Below, piece after piece: positions 22,197-32,935 of a stretch of 43,698 nt of DNA. The notes beneath the pieces were generated by a model. That model did no database searches and was not told the DNA's origin. It worked only from the letters and a program-made list of their open reading frames with translations. Location: assembly GCF_001194135.2 (NCBI RefSeq), contig NC_068999.1:14554773-14598470 (forward strand), in the 5' to 3' direction. Source of the stretch: Octopus bimaculoides (Eukaryota). Positions within the stretch are counted from its first letter, which is position 1, and each line of letters begins with the position of its first letter. Made by a program: the position numbers and the translations under genes.

Positions 22197-23164
22197 NNNN
22201 NNNNNNNNNNNNNNNNNNNNNNNNNNNNNNNNNNNNNNNNNNNNNNNNNNNNNNNNNNNNNNNNNNNNNNNNNNNNNNNNNNNNNNNNNNNNNNNNNNNN
22301 NNNNNNNNNNNNNNNNNNNNNNNNNNNNNNNNNNNNNNNNNNNNNNNNNNNNNNNNNNNNNNNNNNNNNNNNNNNNNNNNNNNNNNNNNNNNNNNNNNNN
22401 NNNNNNNNNNNNNNNNNNNNNNNNNNNNNNNNNNNNNNNNNNNNNNNNNNNNNNNNNNNNNNNNNNNNNNNNNNNNNNNNNNNNNNNNNNNNNNNNNNNN
22501 NNNNNNNNNNNNNNNNNNNNNNNNNNNNNNNNNNNNNNNNNNNNNNNNNNNNNNNNNNNNNNNNNNNNNNNNNNNNNNNNNNNNNNNNNNNNNNNNNNNN
22601 NNNNNNNNNNNNNNNNNNNNNNNNNNNNNNNNNNNNNNNNNNNNNNNNNNNNNNNNNNNNNNNNNNNNNNNNNNNNNNNNNNNNNNNNNNNNNNNNNNNN
22701 NNNNNNNNNNNNNNNNNNNNNNNNNNNNNNNNNNNNNNNNNNNNNNNNNNNNNNNNNNNNNNNNNNNNNNNNNNNNNNNNNNNNNNNNNNNNNNNNNNNN
22801 NNNNNNNNNNNNNNNNNNNNNNNNNNNNNNNNNNNNNNNNNNNNNNNNNNNNNNNNNNNNNNNNNNNNNNNNNNNNNNNNNNNNNNNNNNNNNNNNNNNN
22901 NNNNNNNNNNNNNNNNNNNNNNNNNNNNNNNNNNNNNNNNNNNNNNNNNNNNNNNNNNNNNNNNNNNNNNNNNNNNNNNNNNNNNNNNNNNNNNNNNNNN
23001 NNNNNNNNNNNNNNNNNNNNNNNNNNNNNNNNNNNNNNNNNNNNNNNNNNNNNNNNNNNNNNNNNNNNNNNNNNNNNNNNNNNNNNNNNNNNNNNNNNNN
23101 NNNNNNNNNNNNNNNNNNNNNNNNNNNNNNNNNNNNNNNNNNNNNNNNNNNNNNNNNNNNNNNN
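22197..23164. other. Assembly gap (N run)
   Basis: N bases. Confidence 0.99.
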
Positions 23165-23227
23165 GCAAGAAAGATATTCAAATGACAAACATCACCATGA
23201 TCGGTTTATTACAACCATAGGAATGAA

Positions 23228-23231
23228 TGAA

Positions 23232-23266
<35 letters not shown>

Positions 23267-23267
23267 G
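23228..23267. repeat. (AATA)n microsatellite
   Basis: Directly visible. Confidence 0.9.
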
Positions 23268-23350
23268 ACTCTACTCTAACTGCTGTTTCTATTTTGGGGC
23301 TGCTGTATGCCAAATTCGACACATCATAAAAATATTTCAAAGCTTCATCA

Positions 23351-23565
23351 TCTTTTACTCTTTTAATTGTTTCAGTCATTTGACTGCTGCCATGCTAGAG
23401 CAACATCTTTAATCGAGGAAATCGACAACGGGACTTATCCTTTGGATGCCTAGTACTTATCCTATTGGCCGAACCACTAAGTTACGGGGACGTAAGTACA
23501 CTACCTTCGGTGGTCAACCGATGTTGGTGGACAACACAAACGCACTCACACACACACACACACTC

Positions 23566-23596
<31 letters not shown>

Positions 23597-23762
23597 CATA
23601 TATACGACTGACTTCATTCCGTCTACCAAATCCACTCACAAGGATATGGTCGACCCGAGTCTATAGTAGAAGACACTTACCCAAGGTGCCACGCAGTGGG
23701 GATGAAGCCGGAACAATGTGGTTGGTAAGCAAGCTAATTACCACATGAACACTGCTGCGTCT
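23351..23762 (-). mobile_element. tRNA-derived SINE (family A), gap-free copy with central (CA)n(TA)n
   Basis: Collinear with 1333-2144: GTCATTTGACTGC..CCATGCT, CCTAGTACT, AAGTTACGGGGA, microsatellite at about 23545-23605, CCGTCTACCAAATCCACT, CTATAGTAGAAGACACTT, GCAGTGGG, AAGCAAGCTA.TTACCAC. Confidence 0.88.
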
Positions 23763-23889
23763 ATGATTATAACAAAGGCATGTTACTGATGTTTGTGCAT
23801 TGAATCGTTTCTCCGTATTCTTCCTTGCCTTATATACATACAAGTTAATATAAAGCTCGGGTTTTGCACACTCACATTAGTGAGTTAGG

Positions 23890-24300
23890 CATTCTACCGA
23901 ATATTTGCAGATGAATCTAAGTGTCCCACAAATTTTTGTATCGCTGAACTATTTCATCGCTTACAAACAAAGGCGGACGATAGAATTTCCCTCCCTCCCG
24001 AATTCTAAGCAATTACGTAGTGTTTGTTCATATGGATGTTTTTTGTATGTGCCATTGATTGTACACAGCTCTGCATTCTTGGCGATGTCGTTTGAAATTT
24101 AAAAAAAAGGAGCTAGGTTATATGGAGATGTTTGCACATATAAGCACAATAAAAATGCATCTATAGCAATTTTTGCAGGAAGTTTTATAAATGTAGAATT
24201 GAAACAGTCGCATATTTGGTTAACAATGTAGCCATATTTGAATTCAAAATCATATGAAACAAAATCAATTATTTCATTTAAAATTTTCATGACTTTTTTG
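23890..24300 (-). mobile_element. Probable L1/Tx1-like reverse transcriptase relic
   Basis: Minus strand: ILNEIIDF..GYIV...CFNS...AFLLCL...YNLAPFF, frameshift in a T run, then NAELCTINGT...GREGNSIVRLCL*AMK (cf. NA..C.ING...G.RQG.PLS.LLF.LAME). Motif-level similarity only. Confidence 0.42.
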
Positions 24301-26224
24301 TTTTAGACTTAACTTTTTTAATCGTATTTTTATTTTTATGCTATTTTTATCCAAAGTTCAATGGAAATTGTTGTTCATTTTTGACATATTTTTCTATATT
24401 CTTTACTGTTTCAATATTAGCTTGTTAATTATTTTTTTATCCTTTTTCTCCTGAATTGCTCTCAGAATTATTATTTTATTATTATTATTATTATAATTTT
24501 TTTTTTTTTTTGTATTTTGCACATTTTTGTCTTTTTATCTAATTAACCTTTTTGAATGAAACACAAGAGAAATATTTCTTTTTATTTTGTTTTTAGCTGC
24601 GTATAATTTTAGTCTTCACTGAAAATATCTTCTATATCCCACATTTGTTTGTACATTTTTTAATGTGTTTTATGATATTGGTGTTGTTATTTTTTACTTG
24701 TATGGAGAAGTTAAATTAACTGGAGAGAAAAATCAAAGAATTATATTTTCCATGAAAACTCTATTTACAATCTGTGCAAACAATAAAAAAATAAAAAATA
24801 CAGATATAAAAGAAAACAATTAAAAAGATCAACCACATCTTTCGCGGGAATGGAAAGTAACAGAAAACAAGTCGCATCAACATGATTCGTAATACTTGTA
24901 TTTTTAAAACTACAGCGAAAGTTCAGCTTCATCATAATTTTATCTTAATATAATTTTATTTTAATTTTTTTTTATTTCACATTAAATTTATTCAGTCCTT
25001 TATTGATTACTTTTGCTTCTGTTTTTTCATGTTGCTTGCCATTTAATTTTGTGTCTATGTATTAGTGTATTATTGATGGTGCGAGTGAGTATATTTTATA
25101 TTTCAGTGAAACTGCTCTATCATTCATTATTAATGTAAGTGCACACATAATTTTCTCATTTACAGTATAATTGTGTGGTGGATCTGCTTATGAGTACATA
25201 TGAGTGCATTATATTGTGTGTATCTACTAAATGTAAGTGTGTAATACTTCTTCTAATATTTCTTTTTATTAATCCTGTAAGATTAATTTTTTTTCATAAT
25301 TTTTTCTTCATTAACTTCAGTAAGAAAATTTATTTTGAAAATACTTTCATACACCTAATTATTTTCCAAGTGCTTATATGCACTCGCGGTTACACTTACA
25401 ATCACACTCATATATGGAAACACACACATACACACACACACACACGTATATGCCCACGTGTGTGTATGTGTGTGTGCGTGTACGTGTAGTTTATACTTTA
25501 ACTAGATTTTACCTCCAAGATATTTTCTATTGAATTATACTTTTTAATTTACGGTGGAAATGTATCTATTTTCGAAATCCGTCGGTTGATTTGATATTAC
25601 TCGTAGCAATAAAAACACTAATAATAACTACAGCAACAACAGAAACCAACACAACAATAACAATAATAAAAGTATTGATGAAAGATGTATAAGGGAACCA
25701 GTATTCAGATAATAAAACAAATAATAAACGCGATTTTTATAAAATTAAAGGTACTAAAATCAAAAAACACGATGTGCAGAAAAAAAAAAAATTGCTAATC
25801 AAAGACAAATCGAAAACAGAAAAAGGGATGTTAATAAATTTTATACTCGTAGTATAAAAGTAAAAATAATGATGGAAGAAGGGCGAAGTAAATTTTAAAT
25901 TTACAAATATATTAATTAATATCGCGTAATAACCATTCACCATATCTGTAAAAATATACAGTTAGTGATATACATATATACATACACACTCACACACAAA
26001 TAAATGTAAGTAAATATCTCCATACATATACATACATACACACGCACATATATATTTATTTATACTCCCATTCATCTATATGCATTGAGACGACACCTTC
26101 TTAAACTAAAACAGGAGAAAAAAATAAAATGAATATTATCATTTAGTGAAAAGTGATTTGACGTTCGAAATAAATTACTTAAATGCACCGTATTGATTCA
26201 CGAATTATTGATTCATATACATCT

Positions 26225-26227
<3 letters not shown>

Positions 26228-26309
<82 letters not shown>

Positions 26310-26345
26310 ATGTATGTGTGTATGTATGTATCTATGTATGTATAT
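26228..26345. repeat. Compound (TA)n(TG)n(TATG)n microsatellite
   Basis: Directly visible; explains the ORFs at 26183-26691. Confidence 0.95.
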
Positions 26346-27838
26346 ACACATGGACCCACGGGCACACATATATATACATACAAACATACATTTCTATGCA
26401 CAGTTGCCTTTGTGCATGTTGGAGTTCGTATCTGTGTATGCAGTTTATGCCGCCGTGGTAAATAATGCCAACATTTCTGCAGGACGTTCCAGGTTTTCCT
26501 TCTCACCTGCTGATGCAAAACGGAGATTTACTTCTTACCATTACCATGATATCAAAATAGAAACGTTAATCATATACACGGAAACACACTCGAATGTATT
26601 TATAGGGAAAGAGTATGCCGTTACTTTAGTGTCAATACTATTGCTAAATGAAATGACATCAGCTAATGATTTATGTTTATATGCGACATGAGTGCTGTAA
26701 TTATCAAACATTATTCTCACTATCGTATGCAAAATTGGCCGGAAAGACCATTGTTGGTCGTTCAAGTAAATTTACATCCGGAATCTTCTCTCACTACATT
26801 GTCCTTTATTCCAAATTATGGGACACACATAAATTATTGGCAATTGAACAATAATTAGATAAGTAAAAAACCTTCCATTCCCAGTCTGCTGGATTAAAAA
26901 TGCAATTAAACTGTGGTTTAATAAATGGCATATCCCCAAACTTTGCAAACGTTCACATTATGTTGAATCACTGATTAGTATTTTAAATTGGTTGATTATT
27001 ACATTAGCTTGGAATCAATTATGTAGAACTTGAAGTAGTGTCACTACGACAAGCATTAGAAGGAAAACTTTGCACTAGGACGTAGGATCCCCTCGAATTG
27101 TAGCAGTTATTTTATATTTTGTTTATTGTGACATATCGTGGTAATCAACGTCGCGCCCATCGGAAAATTGTATGCGAAGGCTGATACATTGATTGCCGAC
27201 TGAATTACTTCAAAAATTAAATACTGCCAATATTCTGTCAAAAAGAAATAAAAGGAATAATAATAACAAAACACAGGTGTTATGTGATTTAAATATTTGA
27301 CTAATTAGCGAAGTATGAAAGGGGACACAAAGAAATGTTGTCAAGGTACTAGAGATTTTCCTGGGAACGAAATTTAAGATGTTAGTTTTAGGATTTCCTG
27401 TTAGTTATGACATGTGATCTCTAAAAGTTGATCACACTTTTACATATATACATGCATACAGACCTACGCGCGCGCACACATACACACACATAAAAGCGTG
27501 TCTCCATAAAACTACTTCTTGGAGCTTAACTTCCAAGGAAATTGTATGGTAAACTCATGCGGAATTTTATCGCATTCTTTCCATTTGTCGTGATTGAGAA
27601 CAGTTCTTGTCAAGGCTAAAGTATGCCCTTCATGTATTCCGCAGATCGATAACACTGTTCACGTCTCCTATTTTACCCGGCTATGACTCCTTACAGAATG
27701 ACTTTCGAAACGCCATTGAATAAATGTATAGCCATAAGAAATGAACATTTTTTCGCGTCATCTTTGTAACAAGATATACATAGGAGCCAATATATTGCGT
27801 GATAATTTGGGAAAATCCACTGTTCGAGGGTTTTTGCA

Positions 27839-28255
27839 ATGGCTGAAACGAAGGAACAACAGACATCTGTGAGATTCTATTTTCTGCCAGAGAAAACAGA
27901 AGCCGAAACAGTTGCCATGCTTACAATGAAGCTGTCATGAGCAAACAACAGGTTCACGAGTAATTGTCAGGCTTTGTGATTGGTCAATTGTCACTTGAAG
28001 GCCAACCTCATTTAGGGCTATCGCGAACAGATGAAAACGTCATGAAAATTCATTATCTGATTTTCGGGGAAGATCACTGAAATATCGACGTACTTGTAGA
28101 TAAGACTGGTGTGTCCTGCATCTCCTGCCAATGAAGTTTGAGCAAAGAATTGTGCATGAAAAGGGTTGAAGGAAAATTTGTGCCTCGCGTTCACACTTAA
28201 GATCAAAAGAAGTGAACTGAAGAAGTTGGAAGTTGATCCAAATGTTGTCATGTGT
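27839..28255 (+). mobile_element. Mariner transposase N-terminal relic
   Basis: MAETKEQQTSVRFYFLPEKTEAETVAML, then LEGQPH/SRTDENVMKIH, DVLVDKTGVS and MKRVEGKFVPR across frames, matching the mariner HTH/linker pattern (EQR..VKFCF.LGK.A.ET..ML...R.DEN...I...M.RV.AKFVPR). Truncated at a (GT)n tract. Confidence 0.8.
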
Positions 28256-28272
28256 GCATGTGTGTGCGTTTC

Positions 28273-28275
<3 letters not shown>

Positions 28276-28321
<46 letters not shown>

Positions 28322-28322
28322 T
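28276..28322. repeat. (GT)n microsatellite
   Basis: Directly visible. Confidence 0.95.
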
Positions 28323-31300
28323 ATTCTTAAAGGCTCCGACTTACTACAAATTGTTCGGCGTTGCGCGTTGCCGCTCATCATCTTGTAATTCGATCCTGAT
28401 TTTACTTTGAATATTCACTGTTTCAATATTTGTTAAAATTGCGAAGTTTGAAGGAACGTATATACTTATGTACTTTTGTTTAGAAATCTTCGTGAACGAC
28501 AACTGCATAAACGGTTGGATTAAGCTCACCCTTTTCCTGTCATTCCTAGTTCTTATTGCAATATTAAATTGTCATAAAATCCATTCAATAGAAATCATGG
28601 AATTGCGTCACACTTTAAGCAATGTTAAGAATTATACTTTTATTGATACTGCTTGGCAACAATGAGTATGCATCTGTATGCGTATGTGAATGTGCGAGTT
28701 TGTGCGTGTGTTTATTAATGTATGTATAAGTATATGTATATATAATCCTAACGTATATAATTCAAGAGACCAAATGTGATGTCTAGATTAGTAATTTGAA
28801 ATCTATTTGTTTATTGTAGAAAAATACCAGGACGAACATAGAAGCAACACAAAATCATTGATAAAATATTCACACGCTGTTCAGATAAGGTAACAACGTT
28901 TTGTAAAAAATGGATGACTTCAAATCTCCTGCATGTGAGAAATGAACTATACGATGGGGAAAATTAGTAAAGCAGGATTGAGAAATAATTCATCGTTGTG
29001 TTTTGTTAGCGGTTGAATCTTGCTGAAAAATGAAGCAGTAAGCATGTTAAATTTTGGCATCGGGAAAGAGAAACGAGGCAACGTATTAACAGCGAAGATT
29101 GCATGAAAGTTGTATGCGTTGAATGTGCTTTGTTGCAAGTTTAAGTTTTGTTGCGTGTGCAGCTGGAAATTCGGTGAGGCTTCGTGGGTGTAAATTTGCC
29201 TAAATGTATTCATGCAATATTTGCGTGCAACAAGATGTTCTCAAAACACAGGAAGATAATTCCAAGATCTTTATCTCTTTACACATAAATATCACAAATA
29301 CGTATCCCACATGCACTTAATGTAAGCTATATTTCTCTGTCTACACTTCATCCATGATCCGATCTGATATAATGCTAACGACTAAAGAGTAGGGAACTAA
29401 ATATATCCTCCATATACTGCATATTTCAATGCAAATTGCACAATGGCAAACACACACATACCACAAAATTAGGTATTATAGAAGTACATTACATATATAC
29501 TATGCGTATATTTCAATAGAACAAGGACACGTATAATTTTACTACTCTCAACATACTTTACTACAACTCACCAATATTTCAGTTTACATATCGTTAGTGT
29601 GAGCTATTTTTATCCCGTATCAATGCTACGCTGATTACTCGGATCAATTTACAAAAACACCGCCAGATAACCCTTCAGGTAATATCTATCTGATACCTTT
29701 AGCGACTTCTGAAGATGTATAATATTTTTTCGTTCCTCTTGGAGCCTGCTATACATCCACCTCATAATATCCGCAAATAATTTCAAGAGACATCTCATAA
29801 AAATTAATATGTTGTAAGCATACTGTTCTCTCATTTAAATGGAAATCAGAACAGAATCCAATATAGCAAGTAATGCGTCTCGGAACTAAGAAATCTTGAA
29901 GTCAAACGTGTCTTAATAAGTTGGAATGACGTAGACAGAAATGTTAAGGTTAGAACACAATGGGTATTTATAGTCCACAAGCACATTAACATTTCTCGAT
30001 GTCTGAATATTTCATCTGCCTCCTTGCCACTCACACCTCAACACACAAGGATCTTTTAATATAACGGCTTCTTCACTAAAGGGCCTGCTCGTTTACAAAC
30101 TGACTGTAACTGACCAGTAATTATTGACAGAAAATAGTCCACATGAAAATAAATTTTCGCTTCTACTTTGCTCCTTTGAAAGCATGTGATGTACTTTGCA
30201 TAGTAAGTGACACAAACCCACTAAGATATCTACTTGTATAAATACATATAGTTAAGTATAAATTCATCCAGTTATGTTATATGTGTGTATGTGTGCGCGT
30301 GTGTGTGTAAGAGAGAGAGTGTGTGTGTGTGTGTGTGTGTGTGCGTGTGTAAGTGTGAGCTTTATAAGTTTATGTGCGGTTTCATGTCTGACTTGTCATC
30401 ACTTTCATCATTTCTTTTACATTATGTTCAATTGCAAACAGTTTCTATAGAAAGTAATTAAATGCAGAAACGAACAGTGATACTAATATGTGTTAATTTG
30501 AATATCCGTATATTGATAGTGCTGTTGATTGTTGCGAATATGAATATGTTCATGGCCCATTTGGTTTTACTTGAAATTGGTGAATGAATTTTTTTTCCCA
30601 ACTGTGTTGAGTATAACTTGCCTTATATTATGTGCGAAATAATATGCATTAAATATTGCTAGTCTTTATTGCCATTCCTTTAGGATGGTTTTGACAAAGA
30701 CAGGCATGGAAGTTTACGCCAGCATCCACAAATACAATGTACTCCTCTACCAACACCATATAACTCGATCTTTAAATCCAGAAGCCTAACATCAATTGTA
30801 GTACTATGAATTATTCTCCTTCATTGAATCTTTAAGAACTGGCAGCAAGAGAAGACCATTTGAAATTATTAACAGATCGATAGAGGCTTCGAAATAACTC
30901 TGAATCGAAAACGGTTTGTTTAGCCAAGTCAGATAGCAAATGATATTATCTCCTCAAATACTCAAATTGTTGCTAAGCAATATTAGCCGACGAGAGGGAA
31001 AAGCAAAGAATCATAGTTGAATGTTTTTGAAGAAGAAATGAAAATAAAATGATATGAAAAAAAAGACCAAGTTAACTTTCATAGATTAACAGCAGCGGTG
31101 TGCTTAGTACAATTATTTCTTGATATTTGCCTTCCTAATTTTTTTATTACCGCTTTGCGGTGAATAATTTTATACTAGTCGAGCATAACAAAATGGGACT
31201 TCGAGCCGACGCTATTAATTAGATGGATACAATGATAAATTAAATACAAATTATCAAAAGACAACCAGAAGCAGACACGTTTATATTCAGCCGCCACGAA

Positions 31301-32587
31301 CATACAGGCACACCATCGCTCCATCGACTACATTACACAAACCACAAAATGGATATAAATATACATAATATAATTGACTCTGTTTAACCCAGAATTTTTC
31401 CTTTTCCCTTTTTTAATATCCTATTGTATAGATACTAAACCATATTCATAATTCATTCCATGCTGACATGCCAGTCAAAGATGGTGGTTGGCAGAATGCT
31501 TTGTACAATTAATCAAACGAGAATCTTAATAACGTTTAGAATATCCGTTGGCAAACAAAAATCGATAAGAAAAATAATGTAATTAATAAATGATGACAGA
31601 TAGTTTTGAAACAAAATTTAAAACAATACAATTTCTGAAGAAATAATAAATCAACGCACATAACATCCCCTATTACTGTTTCGTAATTCATTTATCGACC
31701 TTTGCTATCCTAACCCTCTTACGCATGCTCGTTTATTTCTCCGATATTTGTACATGCTCGTATGTATTTAACTCCTCTATTTCACTTCCGCATTTTGCCA
31801 ATGACATATTTTGGTTCCAGTGTTTTAAATATTTTAATTATATTTTCATTTTAGAAACTTTCTTTTTTTCATGAATTCTCATCTTTCCTATAAGAAGGAT
31901 GGATATATACATACTCATTCACACACATATGCGTACATGTATATCTACACAGATATACACTCTACATACACAGTATAATGCATCTCTGAAAGAAAATTTG
32001 AGGATACATTAAATTCAGCAACGGTTTTGATGCGATTTAGCTAACATACATTTTTTTCATTTTTATAATTTTAGCATTATATAACAGAATAATTATACAT
32101 TGTATATCGCCTTCTACAGGAATCTGTAAAATGAAAATTGTGTGCTAGAAATGTGGTTGATAGTAAGCAAAGTATATTATAGAACAATAATACTTACTTT
32201 AACAAGATAAAGTCACATCTCTCATCATCAAGAGTACAAGAGAGCGGTAAATTTGCAAACAATTGAAACACTATCGATCCTGTCCTCTGCCTGTGTAACG
32301 AACGCAATTTGTAAGACATGTTAAAATCTATTATATATTATCAAGTCGCGAACAAAAAACTGCTCGCAGAGCGGTCTTCCTGTTAATATTTTAATTACAG
32401 CTTCAATGCATCGATATTATTCATCGGTATACGATTTGTCAATCAGCAGATCATCGGAGCATTTTTTTTATTATTTACACATAGGAAAGACTGCAAGAAC
32501 TATTTTGCTTCAACAAACTTCTTCATGAACACATATACATATACAAATTTACAGCAAAATATTTCTTTTATTCTAAAAGTTAGATTC

Positions 32588-32606
32588 TAATAATAATAAT
32601 AATAAT
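32588..32606. repeat. (AAT)n tract immediately 5' of the ribozyme-bearing element
   Basis: Directly visible. Confidence 0.9.
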
Positions 32607-32648
32607 AATAATAATAGCACCGAAACATACCTTAGGAATGAGAACCCA

Positions 32649-32694
32649 GACACCTGATGAGGGCTGGAGGGTACACCAGCCGAAACGTTGTGTT
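32649..32694 (+). ncRNA. Minimal type I hammerhead ribozyme, intact core
   Basis: Stem I GACAC(32649-53)/GTGTT(32690-94); CUGAUGA 32654-60; one extra G; stem II GGCTGG(32662-67)/CCAGCC(32676-81); GAA 32682-84; loopless palindromic stem III ACGT (32685-88); GUU triplet, predicted cleavage after 32689. Confidence 0.72.
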
Positions 32695-32753
32695 AACAAA
32701 CAAGATGAGAACAAAGATCCGTCAATGGTAAATAATGTAAATAAACTCATATC

Positions 32754-32801
32754 GTCTCTGATGAGGAGATATCCCTAATATCTCAGTAACAGCCGTAAAA
32801 C
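32754..32801 (+). ncRNA. Second, degenerate hammerhead ribozyme motif
   Basis: CTGATGA 32758-64, extra G, perfect 7-bp stem II GAGATAT/ATATCTC, but GAAAC is replaced by AGTAAC; stem III AC-AGCC-GT, GUA triplet; stem I GTCT/AAAC has one mismatch. Confidence 0.5.
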
Positions 32802-32935
32802 TAACTCTCCCTTTATAAATGTCCTGAAAATTCCACACCGCCTTGGCTTTGTTGTCTTCTATTCTTTCACACATACACACACACACACACACTCGCACAC
32901 ACGCACGCACACACACACACATACACACATATATA

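Larger units (their letters stand above)
32607..32868 (+). mobile_element. Short non-coding Penelope-like (pLTR/retrozyme-like) element with two hammerhead motifs
   Basis: Two CTGATGA cores, each followed by a perfect hairpin, 104 nt apart; bounded by (AAT)n and (CA)n. The PLE link is inferred from the known association of minimal hammerheads with Penelope-like elements. Confidence 0.6.

Noticed and set aside
26400-26691. Protein-like tail of ORF 26266-26691
   Set aside because: The frame starts within a microsatellite, splice signals are ambiguous on both strands and no homology is recognised.
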